From assembly GCA_964482225.1 (NCBI GenBank), contig CAYZWT010000002.1, forward strand, positions 86,680-150,679: a DNA stretch of 64,000 nucleotides, written 5' to 3'. The notes under the pieces were generated by a model, which was given only the letters and a program-made list of their open reading frames with translations, made no database searches and was not told the origin of the DNA. The translations under genes and the position numbers were made by a program. Of this stretch, positions 18,567-28,958 are shown piece by piece (within the stretch, counting starts at the first letter, position 1; each line of letters opens with the position of its first letter). The DNA is from an uncultured Anaerolineales bacterium (lineage in GTDB: Bacteria; Chloroflexota; Anaerolineae; UBA1429).

Positions 18567-19841
18567 GTGTCCGAACACTATTCCCACGTTCGCCGCAACC
18601 TGTTCAGCCTCACCGGCGATTTCGTTAGCTTTTCTATCGGGTTCGCCTTTTTCGATCCCTTGGTGATCGTCCCGGCTTTTGCTCGGGCGCTCAATGGACC
18701 CGAGATGGTGATCGGTGCGCTGGCCGCCGTGCGCGTGATCATGGTGACGCTCCCACAGGTATGGGCGGCCAGCATGTTGGCGGCCAGCCCCCGCAAGAAA
18801 CCGTTGCTGGCATGGTCGAGCCTGGGTGGGCGCCTGCCGGTGCTGCTGTTGGCCTTCGCCACTCTGTATGGGGCGCGGCAGCATCCTGCGCTTGTGCTGG
18901 CGATGCTGGGCCTGACCGTGCTGCTCTTTTTCACCTCAGAGGGCCTGAACAGCATCTCCTGGCCAGACATGGTAGGCAAGGTGCTCCCCCCAACCATTCG
19001 CGGGCGGTTTCTGGGCGTTGGGCAACTCCTTTCTAGCGGCGGCGCCTTGCTGGCCGGTTATGCCATGCGCCACATCCTGGCCGCTGATGCGTTGGTCTTT
19101 CCCGATAGCTGGGCGCTGATCTTTGCCTGTGCTTTTGTGGGCTTGATCGGCTCGCTGGGCTTTATCTTGCTCATTCGCGAGTCGCCCTCCGACAAGCCGG
19201 CCGCTCCTGTGGATGTGCGCAAGCATGTGGGCCTGCTTTTCCATTACCTCCGCCAGGACGAGCGCCTGAGGCGCGTCGTCGCCGTCCAGGTCCTGCTCTA
19301 CACAGCCAGCGCAACCTTTCCCTTTTTCGTGATTCGCGCCCAAGATCTGGTGCCTGATATCAGCGCCATGCTAGGTGGTTTCGTCATCGTCCAGAACCTG
19401 GGCGGCATGACGGCGGCCCTGGCATGTGGCTATCTGGTCGACCGCATCGGCAGTTGGGCCGCCGTGCGGGTGGGCGCCGCCGCCGAGTGCGTCGCATTGG
19501 GCCTGGTAGCGCTCGCCCCCTTGATGCCGCAGCCACAGATCATCTATCTGGCAGCCTTTTTCCCGCTTGGCCTGTTCACGGGCAGCTCTTGGTGGGTGTT
19601 CACCAGCTACCTGATGGACATCGCCGATGAGGAACGCCGGCCCGGCTATCTGGCGGCCAGCGGCATTCTGACCAGCCCGGTCTTTGTCGCCTCACTGATC
19701 GTTGGGGCGGTATTCAGTTCGATGACCGCAGAGATCGTGTTCGGCGTCGCCCTGGTCTTTGCCTTGCTGGCCCTGGGGCTCAGCTTTACACTGGCCCGGA
19801 TGCGGGCGGGGCGCCCGTTGCCCCGCTCGGATGGCGCCTAG
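18567..19841 (+). CDS. MFS transporter
   Basis: 12 predicted TM segments. GTG start with GGGAGAG RBS. The upstream part of the tool's ORF is antisense to pyrG and was discarded. Confidence 0.7.
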   Translation: MSEHYSHVRRNLFSLTGDFVSFSIGFAFFDPLVIVPAFARALNGPEMVIGALAAVRVIMVTLPQVWAASMLAASPRKKPLLAWSSLGGRLPVLLLAFATLYGARQHPALVLAMLGLTVLLFFTSEGLNSISWPDMVGKVLPPTIRGRFLGVGQLLSSGGALLAGYAMRHILAADALVFPDSWALIFACAFVGLIGSLGFILLIRESPSDKPAAPVDVRKHVGLLFHYLRQDERLRRVVAVQVLLYTASATFPFFVIRAQDLVPDISAMLGGFVIVQNLGGMTAALACGYLVDRIGSWAAVRVGAAAECVALGLVALAPLMPQPQIIYLAAFFPLGLFTGSSWWVFTSYLMDIADEERRPGYLAASGILTSPVFVASLIVGAVFSSMTAEIVFGVALVFALLALGLSFTLARMRAGRPLPRSDGA

Positions 19842-19982
19842 TGCCACGCCGGCTTGCGGAAGAGCATACCATACTCCAGACCGGGGCGCCAGCGCCGGAC
19901 GGTATGGAACTCGCGGGCGCTGGGCTCGGCGGCTCGTCACATGCGCATTTCCGGCCAAACCTGGCAAATATGTTATCCAAGG

Positions 19983-20010
19983 TTGCAGACTCGACCAGAT
20001 TGTGTACAAT
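19983..20010 (+). promoter_or_regulatory. Sigma70-like promoter: TTGCAG, 16-nt spacer, (tg)TACAAT, upstream of the lipoprotein gene
   Basis: Read from the sequence. An 80-nt leader runs to the GGAGG RBS and ATG at 20092. Confidence 0.4.
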
Positions 20011-20091
20011 ATCGAATTAGAGGAGCGTTTCACAGATGCCCCTGGGCAAGATAGGCTTGGCCGGGGGGAAACAACGGCGAGGAGGCATGCG

Positions 20092-20700
20092 ATGAAGTGG
20101 TTGGTGCGGCTGGCTATTGTGGCTACTATCGTTGGCTTGGGGCTCGTCCTTATTAGCTGCGGGAGCAATTCGCCGGCCGCGCAACTTCAGGAGGGGCAGC
20201 GGATCACCGCCAGGGAAGCATGGGACGTGATGAAAGGCGAGGTGCTGAAGTGGAAGCCCGGCTCGCTGATCATCACGGCACGGCCACCTTCGCGGCCCGG
20301 CAAAGAAGACCTGGATACCGATGGCCGCTCCTCTGCATGGCGCTTTGTCGTTGCCCCTGAGGGCGACACTCTCCCAGGCATCTACTCTCTCGATACGACC
20401 GTCAAGCCAATCAAGCCGAATCGTACCGAGCAGCGCCGTCCGGTGGCTCCAGCCAATGTGGACCCCGACACATGGACGATTGACAGCCCCGAGGCGATGC
20501 AAATCGCCCTGGATAACGGGCTAGAAGAGTGGATGGCCGATCACCCGGGCTTTCAGCTTCGCACGATGGTTTTTGAACTGAACGCTACAGTGGAGCATGG
20601 TGCACACTGGCGCATCGAGGCTACCCAGGTGCTCGACAAGTTCACGATCCGCATTAGCGCCCTTGATGGCTCGGTGATCGAGACGATCATTACGCCCTAA
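20092..20700 (+). CDS. Hypothetical lipoprotein
   Basis: MKWLVRLAIVATIVGLGLVLISCGS is a signal peptide with an L-I-S-C lipobox. GGAGG RBS. No family recognised. Confidence 0.65.
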   Translation: MKWLVRLAIVATIVGLGLVLISCGSNSPAAQLQEGQRITAREAWDVMKGEVLKWKPGSLIITARPPSRPGKEDLDTDGRSSAWRFVVAPEGDTLPGIYSLDTTVKPIKPNRTEQRRPVAPANVDPDTWTIDSPEAMQIALDNGLEEWMADHPGFQLRTMVFELNATVEHGAHWRIEATQVLDKFTIRISALDGSVIETIITP

Positions 20701-20742
20701 GGGCCGCTATCTGAACAACATCGAGGCGCTGTGCGCATACGG

Positions 20743-23700
20743 CTACACCCACCCGCACAGCGTCTCGACATACTCGGCGGAACCGTCTCGCGCCCAGGTA
20801 TCCAACTGGTCCGGCTCTTTGAGTTGCTGGCCCCGCCTATTGGGCACCGCGACATAGATCCCGCGCCATTCGGGTAGGGCCGTCATATCTCCCCAAAGCT
20901 TTTCGTACTGGGCTACCGGATAGACATCCTCCTGCCCATGCCCCCAGCGCTTTTTGACCTCTTTGAGGGTCACATAGGTTGGCACCCGCCGCGCCATGCG
21001 CCGAACAGCTTGTTCCACGGCATCTGCATCGGCGATGGAGACGCGATCCAAACCGAACAGGGCCAAAAGATCGTCAATCCGCATCCAAAAAGTGTTCGAG
21101 TTGTAATAAGTCAGGCCGAACTCGTCCTCTTCGCGGGGCAGAGCCAGCCCCTCCAGCAGGCGCAAACGCCCGTTCACGCGAGCCAGGCCGCCGCCCCGAT
21201 CCTGCACCCGGCGCGCCACCACCTCGACCGCCATAGGCGCGTCCTGCTCCAAGAGATAGCCCAGCAAGGTCGGATCGAGCCCTGCGCCCAGCGTGTCTAT
21301 ATTGTGCATCATCAGATAGCGCAGCCCCGGCCGCTCCTGCAAAAGCCGCTGCAACACGCCGCTGCGGAGCAGGTTGGGCGCCTCGTACCAATGGCCCACC
21401 GGGTTCATACACTGTAGCGGGACGTTGTCGGTATAGTCAGAGCCCTGGCCCATTCCCTCGGCCCAGGCGATCAGCGCGGCGTGCAAGCTCTCGCGCACCT
21501 TCTGGGCCTGCTCATCCAGGAGTTGCTGTGATAGCTCCTCCCAGGCAAAGCGCAGGTCGCGGGCCATGGGCACCATGCGCAGACCGACGGCGCGCCCCTG
21601 GCTGAGGTACAGCGGCCCGTTGTAGCCATAGTTACCCTGTTCGGCCAGGTGCGCCGCGATGGGTCCGTGGGTCAGATAGCTGGTGGTGATGACGTGAGGC
21701 ACCGGCGCGCCCGCCTGTTGGGCGGTGCGTTGGCTCTTGGCCAAGTGTACCTCTATGAACGAACGATGGCGCCCGCCCAGCCGCGCGAACGGGTTGAGCG
21801 CCTTGACCACGCCGGCCCCCTGGGTCCAACGGCTGCCGACGCCGCCCGCCAGGCTAACCACGGCCACCTCTCCGGCCTGCAATGCCTGGAGCCCTCGCCG
21901 GTATACTGTGCCGTCCCGCTCCTCGGGGAGCCGATGCACATCCTCCGGCGCCACATCGCGAATGTCCGTCGAGACGGGCAAACGGTTCTGGGCCAACCCG
22001 ATCAGGCCGGCGCGCAGCTCGCGGCGGATCTGCTCGTGCTGCTGGCGATCAAAGCCACTCTGCAAGAGCAGGGCCTCCAAGTCGCCCTCGCCCTCGCGGG
22101 CCGCTTCGGCTTGGGGCAGCAGTGCATCGAACAGGGCCTGCACCGTGCCGCCTAGGGCGGGGTTGGTGCGGCAGGCGGCGGCAAAGCGATCCAACTCGGC
22201 GCGCCGGCTGGCCGCGAGTTCATGGCGGCTCTGACGCAGCAGGGGTGGAACCACCAGCGTATAGTATTCCGCCGGCAGCAGAGCCTCGGAGCCCAGAGCG
22301 AGCTGCGCTACACTGCCCTGCTCGTTGATGGCAAAGTCGTACACCACCGGCTCCATGGCAAAGGGCAGAGCGTGCTGTAGGCGGCCCTTTTCCTCGGACA
22401 TGGCCCGCAGCAGGTATTCCTGGGCATGGGCCTTGGCCTCGGGCGACACGATGAACCCCATGCCCCCGCCCGACATGCCGCCGAGCATCCAAAAGCCCCA
22501 GAAGGCAGGGCCAAACTCGCCTTTGGCGCGCGCAATGAGCGCCTCGACATACAGGTTGCTGGCCCAGGGGATGATCGTCTGGATCGGCCCGTAAAAGTTG
22601 CGCGTGGTGGCATCGGCGATCTGGCGCACATTGCCCTTCTGTAGCAGACGCAGCACGTCATCCAGGATAGCGCCCGCTTGGCGGCGCGCCACCCAGGCGG
22701 CGGGCGAGCGCAGCAGGTATCGCTCGGTCACCATCTCTAGGATGGGCCCCACGTTCTGGGCCATGCCGCCGTGCACCAGCACCAGGCTATCCTGCAGGGC
22801 CTGGCGTGTCTGCTGAGAGACCTGCTCGCGATCCAGGATACGGTGCTCTGGCAGCAGCCTTCCCCGGCTGATGCCGTGCTCGGGATCGCCCAAAGCGGCC
22901 TGTACGCCATAGATCAACTTGATGCCCGGCCAGACGCCGCCGGAATCCTGCCAGCCTCCGCCGGAGCCGCCCAGCCACTCGCCCAGGATCGCCCTGGCGG
23001 CCACCTGGCGGCGCTCGTGCTCCTGCAACGTGCCACTCAGGCTGCCGATCTGGCGTGTGGCCCGCATCAAGGCGGCGATCATGGCGGCCAGCAGCGTGGT
23101 CGAGACGGCCAAGCGCGAGCCCTTGGGGATGCCGCGCACATGGCTCACCACCTCCAACCCACGCCCCGGGCCCACCAGGCGCTCCAGCAGGTCCGATAGG
23201 GGCTGCTGCGCACCCTCGATGCCGGGCGGCACGATCCCTGCCGCGATCAGCGCCGCCTTGAGCAAGCCGAGATAGTCGCGTGCCAGGTCGAATACCTCGG
23301 CAATGCTGTGGATCTCGGTCTGGGCCCCCAGGTCCACGCTGACCAGGCGGATGAGCGGCTCATCGATGACGCGCACGTGGGCGGCGACCGGCGGCCTGGG
23401 CGCGGCATCGCGGCCGCGCACGGCCAGGTCAATGGAGACGTTGATCACCCGCGCGCCCTCGGGATAGTCCATGCCCAGGAAAAAGATGTCGCTCCAGCCG
23501 CTGTGGGTCAGATCCATGCGCACGGGCGTGCTCTCGGTGAGCAGAGGATAGAGCCCCGTCGCGGGGTCGCGGCGGGCCAGCTCGGGCGCAATGCGCAAGG
23601 GATGGTCGGCGGGGTGGCCCATGCGGAACATCCAGCGGTTGCCGGAAAAAGAGAGCACGCTGTGGCGCACCTGGTCGGCCAGGGTCTGGAAGCCAAGCTG

Positions 23701-24069
23701 GTAATAAGCCAGGGCCAGGGCGCTGGCCAGCGCCTCGGAGGGACCGTCGGCGGCCTGGGCGCTCAGCAGCGCGTCAATGGCCTCGTCAAAGCGGCGCTCG
23801 AGCAGGTGGGTGTAGCCGGTGTAGGGGATGTGGCCTTCAGGGCGCAGTTCACGGCGCAGTGGCAGGTGAAAGCGATAGAGGGCATACAAGAAGGTGGTGG
23901 CGCGCACCCGCTCGAACAGGTTGGGGGCGTTGCGGCGAAAGGCGTCCAGCGCGGCGCACTCGGCCAGCAGCGCGGCCAGGTCGCGCCCGGCGCAGGCCTG
24001 CTCCAGCGAGAGGTTGCGCACATCGGGGTCAGCGGAGGTGATGATCTGCTGCAGTGGCATGGTGTGCAT
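20743..24069 (-). CDS. Bifunctional fusion: N-terminal GHMP-family sugar kinase-like domain plus C-terminal UDPGP-type (eukaryote-like) sugar-1-phosphate uridylyltransferase domain
   Basis: N-terminal half carries GHMP-like motifs (GIPKGSRLAVSTTLLAA, ~GLGSSAA; FWMLGGMSGGGMGFIV, ~GAGGGG). C-terminal half carries UDPGP family blocks (VVSLAGGVGSRW, ~LNGGLGT; MMHNIDTLGA; YYNSNTFW, ~FNTNNLW). 4-nt gap to the upstream GalU-like gene. Confidence 0.6.
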   Translation of the reverse strand: MHTMPLQQIITSADPDVRNLSLEQACAGRDLAALLAECAALDAFRRNAPNLFERVRATTFLYALYRFHLPLRRELRPEGHIPYTGYTHLLERRFDEAIDALLSAQAADGPSEALASALALAYYQLGFQTLADQVRHSVLSFSGNRWMFRMGHPADHPLRIAPELARRDPATGLYPLLTESTPVRMDLTHSGWSDIFFLGMDYPEGARVINVSIDLAVRGRDAAPRPPVAAHVRVIDEPLIRLVSVDLGAQTEIHSIAEVFDLARDYLGLLKAALIAAGIVPPGIEGAQQPLSDLLERLVGPGRGLEVVSHVRGIPKGSRLAVSTTLLAAMIAALMRATRQIGSLSGTLQEHERRQVAARAILGEWLGGSGGGWQDSGGVWPGIKLIYGVQAALGDPEHGISRGRLLPEHRILDREQVSQQTRQALQDSLVLVHGGMAQNVGPILEMVTERYLLRSPAAWVARRQAGAILDDVLRLLQKGNVRQIADATTRNFYGPIQTIIPWASNLYVEALIARAKGEFGPAFWGFWMLGGMSGGGMGFIVSPEAKAHAQEYLLRAMSEEKGRLQHALPFAMEPVVYDFAINEQGSVAQLALGSEALLPAEYYTLVVPPLLRQSRHELAASRRAELDRFAAACRTNPALGGTVQALFDALLPQAEAAREGEGDLEALLLQSGFDRQQHEQIRRELRAGLIGLAQNRLPVSTDIRDVAPEDVHRLPEERDGTVYRRGLQALQAGEVAVVSLAGGVGSRWTQGAGVVKALNPFARLGGRHRSFIEVHLAKSQRTAQQAGAPVPHVITTSYLTHGPIAAHLAEQGNYGYNGPLYLSQGRAVGLRMVPMARDLRFAWEELSQQLLDEQAQKVRESLHAALIAWAEGMGQGSDYTDNVPLQCMNPVGHWYEAPNLLRSGVLQRLLQERPGLRYLMMHNIDTLGAGLDPTLLGYLLEQDAPMAVEVVARRVQDRGGGLARVNGRLRLLEGLALPREEDEFGLTYYNSNTFWMRIDDLLALFGLDRVSIADADAVEQAVRRMARRVPTYVTLKEVKKRWGHGQEDVYPVAQYEKLWGDMTALPEWRGIYVAVPNRRGQQLKEPDQLDTWARDGSAEYVETLCGWV

Positions 24070-24073
24070 GGCG

Positions 24074-24922
24074 TCAGCCTCGATCCAGCTCGCGCTGGGC
24101 CAGCAGTTCCAGCAGGTGGCTCAGCACCGTTTCGCGGTCCTGGCCGGCCAGCGCCAGCGCTACCTGCGCCATCAGGATGCCATAGCGCACGCCCACGTCG
24201 TAGCGGCGCCCCCGGCTCTCCAGCGCCAGATAGCGTTCGCGATGAGCCAGCTCGTCCAGGGCATCAGAGAGCGTTACGGCCTCGCGCTGCGCCTCTAGCC
24301 GCGCGCCCAGGATCTCGAGCACCATAGGCGTGAGCACGTGCATCCCGAAAAAGCAGAGATAGTGCCCCGCTCTCAAGCCAGAGATCACCAGCCATTGCTC
24401 GGCCTCGGTGGGCGTGGGTTTCTCCATCACCCGCTCGACGGTATAGAGGCGGCTGCTGCCCGAGACGCGCTTGCCGCCGATGCAGCCAAAGTAGGGCAGC
24501 AGGCTCTCGCGCGAGGGGGTGACGGCCGAGATGGCGCAGGCGTTGCGCTCGGCGGCCTGCACCAGGTCTTGGGCGCACCCGGTCTCGGTATGGGAGATCG
24601 GCAGGTGGTCGCTGACGAGATGCAGAAAGGGTTCTTGCCCCACAAACTCGCGGGCGCAATAGACCGCGTGCCCATAGCCCAACGGCTCGGCCTGCGGGAC
24701 AAAGGTGAGGCGGTTGGCATAGGCGCCCACGGCCTCGGCATAGGCGCGCTCGTCGCCCGGGCAGATCACGACGCAGACCTGCTCGATGCCGGCGCGCAAA
24801 GCCTCTTCGACCAGGATGGTCAGCACGGGCTTTTCCTGGCCATCGGAATCTATCAGGGTTTGCAGCGGCAAGGTACGCTGTCTTCGCCCTGCTGCCGTGA
24901 TGACAGCCTTGGTAATCTGCAT
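24074..24922 (-). CDS. Sugar-1-phosphate nucleotidyltransferase (GalU/UDP-glucose pyrophosphorylase-like)
   Basis: [19 protein letters not shown] matches the GalU-type KAVIPAAGLGTR N-terminus. AAGGAG RBS. Start moved to the internal Met. Confidence 0.7.
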   Translation of the reverse strand: MQITKAVITAAGRRQRTLPLQTLIDSDGQEKPVLTILVEEALRAGIEQVCVVICPGDERAYAEAVGAYANRLTFVPQAEPLGYGHAVYCAREFVGQEPFLHLVSDHLPISHTETGCAQDLVQAAERNACAISAVTPSRESLLPYFGCIGGKRVSGSSRLYTVERVMEKPTPTEAEQWLVISGLRAGHYLCFFGMHVLTPMVLEILGARLEAQREAVTLSDALDELAHRERYLALESRGRRYDVGVRYGILMAQVALALAGQDRETVLSHLLELLAQRELDRG

Positions 24923-25042
24923 GGGCCGCTCCTTGTCCGTATCTGCCATAGGGCTGTGACAGGCTGCATTGTAGGCCACCGGGGCCGGGCAGGCAAGCGA
25001 TTGGATGGGACGGACGGAGGCCAGGCGTTGGCTCTCCCCCCT

Positions 25043-26641
25043 TTACCCCACCAGCAACGCCGCGCGGGCGAGCCATGCCAGCGCGTGATCCAGTTCTTCC
25101 TGGATCCTCCGGCGCAGTGTCTCCATGGAGGGCGCTTCGTCGCCCTCGCCCCGGAGGCGTAGCGCGCCTTTGGCGATCAGGTCATCCAGCAGGGCCAACA
25201 GGTCCTCACGGGTGTGCCGGCCATCCAGGTGCGGCAGGATGTAGCGGCCCAGGGGATCCAGGTGCACCCGCTCGTGGCGCAGGTTCGCCACCCGGTCACT
25301 CTCGCGGGCCTGGTAGCGCGCCAGGGCGCTGGCCACGGGGCGCTCGCTGGCCGAGGTGACAAAGGTGGGCGTGTAGCCGTGGAACTCGACCAGGGACAGG
25401 CTGTAGGTGAACGCCTTGAGCAGGTTGGCGGCCAGGTGCGTGACCTCGTCATCAGGAGGGGCGCCCTGGCCGAGGCGTTGGGCGGCGGCCTGTGCCAGCG
25501 TGGCAAAGGGCAGCGCCTGGGGAGCGCGTGCGACGAGGCAATCCAGCGCCGCAATGGTCAGGGGATGATCGGTCTGGAAGATGGCCCCATCGGGGCTGCG
25601 GTAGCGCGCTGCCCCCGGATGCGTACCCTCAGGCTCATCGGCCAGGCGGACGGCGCGGGTCGAGACCGCCAGCTCGCGCACCCGCGCCGTCCGCAGCGTG
25701 CGCTCCACAGCCAGGTGGGCATGGCAGAGCAGCGTGCGCCGGAACGTGCGGTTGCGGATGAAATCCATGTACTGCTCGGTGTCTACGATGGTCTCGCAGA
25801 TGCCTTGCAGCGCGCCCACGACCTCGTCGGACAGATTGTTGGGCATGGAGAGCGGGAAATCGGCTTCCACCAGGAACTGGAGCCCGTGGCGCGCCGCGTG
25901 CTCGGCGAACTGCCAAAAGTAAACCGGGTCGTTGTGCTCTTCTAGCTCATCGTGCAGCAGCGCCGCATCTATGCGGGGGCGCGCATCTTCAAGCTGCAGC
26001 TCTAGCAGGTCGTGGTAGCCCTCAATGAACGTGCCATAGGCTCGGTTGCGCTCATCGGCGACGGCGTCACGCAAAAAGGCGATCAGGGCGCGGGCTTGCT
26101 CGGCGCGTTGGTGGGGGTCATGCTCGTTGCGCGTATGGTAGAGCATCATCTCGCGCAGCCCCAGGAGCGTGTGCCAACCCGGATAGGCGTTGTAGCTGAC
26201 ATAGGCCACGCCCTGGGGGGCCAGGTTGGCGCGGCAGGTCGCCAACAGGCTATCGCGTACCTCGGGGGGCACCCACGAGTAGAGGCCGTGGGCGATGATA
26301 TAGTCAAACTCGCCCAGATCGGCGCTGATGTCGCGGATATCCATGGCCAGAAAGGCAATGTTTCCCAGCCCTAGCGCACGCACGGTCTCGGTCGCCTCGG
26401 CGATCTGGCGGGCCGAAAGGTCGATCCCGATAAAGGTGCTCTCCGGCAGGGCGTAGGCCATGGGCAGCAAGTTGCCGCCCGAGGCGCAACCCAGCTCCAA
26501 CACGCGACAGCGCGTAACCGGAGCGGGCGCCAGGCCCAGCAACCGCGCGCAGGCCGCCAGTCGTCCTGGATGGGTCTGGGTATAGCAGAGCCCGGGGTAG
26601 GGCAGCTCGTCATAACTGATGGGAGGGGCGCTGATAGGCAT
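25043..26641 (-). CDS. Class I SAM-dependent methyltransferase with a C-terminal 'methyltransferase regulatory domain'
   Basis: VLELGCASGGNL...IGIDLS...AHGLYSW Rossmann motifs, followed by a domain of about 250 aa typical of PF10119-type predicted methyltransferases. Start at MPISAPP. Confidence 0.65.
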   Translation of the reverse strand: MPISAPPISYDELPYPGLCYTQTHPGRLAACARLLGLAPAPVTRCRVLELGCASGGNLLPMAYALPESTFIGIDLSARQIAEATETVRALGLGNIAFLAMDIRDISADLGEFDYIIAHGLYSWVPPEVRDSLLATCRANLAPQGVAYVSYNAYPGWHTLLGLREMMLYHTRNEHDPHQRAEQARALIAFLRDAVADERNRAYGTFIEGYHDLLELQLEDARPRIDAALLHDELEEHNDPVYFWQFAEHAARHGLQFLVEADFPLSMPNNLSDEVVGALQGICETIVDTEQYMDFIRNRTFRRTLLCHAHLAVERTLRTARVRELAVSTRAVRLADEPEGTHPGAARYRSPDGAIFQTDHPLTIAALDCLVARAPQALPFATLAQAAAQRLGQGAPPDDEVTHLAANLLKAFTYSLSLVEFHGYTPTFVTSASERPVASALARYQARESDRVANLRHERVHLDPLGRYILPHLDGRHTREDLLALLDDLIAKGALRLRGEGDEAPSMETLRRRIQEELDHALAWLARAALLVG

Positions 26642-26764
26642 GGTCCGAATCCTTTGGCAGCGTTTGAGAGTCATTGTAACGCCGCACGCGCCGCAGCGCC
26701 AGCGAACGCCCCGAGATGGTGTGTATCTCGGGGCGTAGAGCGTCAGGCTGGCGGGCAAACCGGC

Positions 26765-27922
26765 CTAGCCGTAAAGGAACTCGGTTGGCTCGGCCTCGTC
26801 ATCCGTGTCCAGGCGCAAGGGAGCGCTCTGGGCCAATTGCAGCGAGATGCGGCGCCGCTCTGCATCGATCTCGAGGATGCGCACATCAATGGTCGCGCCA
26901 CGGCTCAGGTCTATTGCTTCGCGGGCCTCGGGCGAGATCTCGCTATTGTGCAAGAGCCCCTCAATCCCTCGTCCCACATCCACAAAGAGGCCAAAGTCCA
27001 CTTCATTCGTGATGGTACCCTGGATCACGTCGCCCTCGTGCACCTCACCTATGGTCTCGTCCCACGGGTCGGGCAGGGCGCGCTTGCGGCTCAGGCCAAT
27101 CCGCTCGCGCTCGGGATCCACGTTCAGCACCTCGACCTCGACCTCCTGGCCGACCTCTAGCACGTCGCGAGGATGGTTCACGTGTTGCCAATCCAGCTCC
27201 GAGATGTGGATCAGCCCGTCAATGCCGCCCAGATCTACAAAGGCGCCAAAGTCCACAATGTTGCGGACCACACCTGTGCGCCGTGCGCCGGGCTGCAACT
27301 CGGTCAAGAGCTCTGACCGGCGGCGACGGTCTGCGGCGCGCTTGGACAGCACCAAGCGCCGGCGGCGCGGGTCCACGTCCAGCACAACCAGCGTGAGGAC
27401 CTCACCGGTCAACTCCTCTTTGGTATCGGCCATGTTGCCGGCGCGCAACCTGGAGGGCAAGGACGTCAGATGTGAGTTGGGCACAAAGCCTCGTAGCCGC
27501 CCGAACTCGACCAAGATGCCGCCCGAGTTGCTGCCGACGACCGCGCACTGGATCTCCTCGCCGCTTTCCAAGAGCGTCTGGGCGCGAATCCAGTCCTCCT
27601 GCTGTAGTCCGTTGCTCAGAGAGACCAGGACGCCTCCCTCGTCTGAATCAGGGCGGATGACCACGACAGGGATACTATCGCCCACCTGAAGCCGCGCCAC
27701 ATAGTCACGATCCACCCTGCGCAGGTCCGATGAAGGCACGATGCCGTCGCGCTTGGTGCCCAGGTCAACGAGAATGTCGTTCTCATCGATCTCCATGATG
27801 ACTGCCTGGAACACGTCTCCACGTCGGGGGCTCTTGTAGTCATATTGTCCCTCGAGCAGGTCCATAAAGGCCTGATCCTGCGCCCCTTGACTCCTTGTCT
27901 GTTCACTCACTATGATATGCAC
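26765..27922 (-). CDS. 30S ribosomal protein S1-like protein with four S1 RNA-binding domains
   Basis: Four repeats of the S1 OB-fold pattern (G.V.G.V..I...GaFVdl..g..GLlHiSe). AGGAGGTG RBS. Confidence 0.8.
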   Translation of the reverse strand: MHIIVSEQTRSQGAQDQAFMDLLEGQYDYKSPRRGDVFQAVIMEIDENDILVDLGTKRDGIVPSSDLRRVDRDYVARLQVGDSIPVVVIRPDSDEGGVLVSLSNGLQQEDWIRAQTLLESGEEIQCAVVGSNSGGILVEFGRLRGFVPNSHLTSLPSRLRAGNMADTKEELTGEVLTLVVLDVDPRRRRLVLSKRAADRRRRSELLTELQPGARRTGVVRNIVDFGAFVDLGGIDGLIHISELDWQHVNHPRDVLEVGQEVEVEVLNVDPERERIGLSRKRALPDPWDETIGEVHEGDVIQGTITNEVDFGLFVDVGRGIEGLLHNSEISPEAREAIDLSRGATIDVRILEIDAERRRISLQLAQSAPLRLDTDDEAEPTEFLYG

Positions 27923-28243
27923 CTCCTAATGTGCTTGGTGCTCGGGCCCTTGCGGGGGCGCCAAGGCACCTGCTGATCGAGCAGGGACGAGGCGAGCCCG
28001 CGCAAGGGCCATCCGCGCCTGCTGCGTTAACGATCAAGTAAGCATATTATAGCACAAGGGGTTGCCCAGGCAAAATGGTCTTGGCATATGAAAACATACA
28101 AGAAGGACATATATGGAATAATAGCGCTATGAGATCGCGTCCATACAACGCTCAAGCAGAACGCTTGCCTCCTCTGGGTGATGATGGTATGCTCGTCCTG
28201 CAGACGGTGACCCACCCTGCGCAATCTCATCACAGGAGGCAGT

Positions 28244-28930
28244 GTGACACAGACTGAGAATCGCTGGTTTCCCCCCTCGCCCCACCGCGAGCGGGTGGAG
28301 GAGGCCATCGCCCAGGGCGTGGCCCATATTGTCGAACGCGGGCACAATGTGGCCCCGTTACTGGTCTTTGAGGATGGCGGCGCCATCGATCTCCCCCGTG
28401 TGCGCTATCAGATGACGAGGCGCGGCATGGCGCTGGCCGCAGGCGATGGGCCCGCTGCCAAGGGGGCCACCCACTTTGGCGATGTGTGCGGCTCGGTAGA
28501 TGAGATCAAGGGGCGGGTGGCCGAGGCCGCACGCCTGGAAGAGCTGGATGCGGCCTATATCCAAGCCCTGATCGAGGATATCGGCTACATGCTCGGGCGC
28601 ATGTCCCGGCGCAGCGAGCAGTATCGCGCCTTTCTCGGCGACGTGCGCGCCATCGTGGACGAGATGCTGGCCACTCCGCCGCCTGATAGCGTGTCTGCGG
28701 AGGCGCGGACTGCGGCCTTTGCCGAGAGCCTGGCCGGAGATGGCGACCTGAGCGACCAGGGGCGCGAGACGATCTATGCTGCCGCCGAACACGTGCGCGA
28801 TCTTGCCAATGACCTGGAGGGCTATCTGGGCGCGGGCAAAGAGGCCGCCATGCGCATCGGCAAACTCTATGCCGACATCCAGGGAGGCCGCGTTTGGCAA
28901 GAGCAGCCCGGGGGAGGCGAGGCCCGCTAG
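28244..28930 (+). CDS. Hypothetical protein
   Basis: GTG start 4 nt after AGGAGG. No family recognised. A 320-bp AT-rich divergent region lies upstream. Confidence 0.5.
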   Translation: MTQTENRWFPPSPHRERVEEAIAQGVAHIVERGHNVAPLLVFEDGGAIDLPRVRYQMTRRGMALAAGDGPAAKGATHFGDVCGSVDEIKGRVAEAARLEELDAAYIQALIEDIGYMLGRMSRRSEQYRAFLGDVRAIVDEMLATPPPDSVSAEARTAAFAESLAGDGDLSDQGRETIYAAAEHVRDLANDLEGYLGAGKEAAMRIGKLYADIQGGRVWQEQPGGGEAR

Positions 28931-28958
28931 CGCGGGCCTGTGGCGCGCGGCCCGCGGC

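Noticed and set aside
20701-20760. 9-bp inverted repeat (cgctgtgcg ... cgcacagcg) after the lipoprotein gene
   Set aside because: The loop is 19 nt and the right arm lies inside the last codons of the fusion gene. Weak as a terminator.
23308-24327. 339-aa + strand ORF
   Set aside because: Antisense to the kinase/UDPGP fusion and the GalU-like gene.
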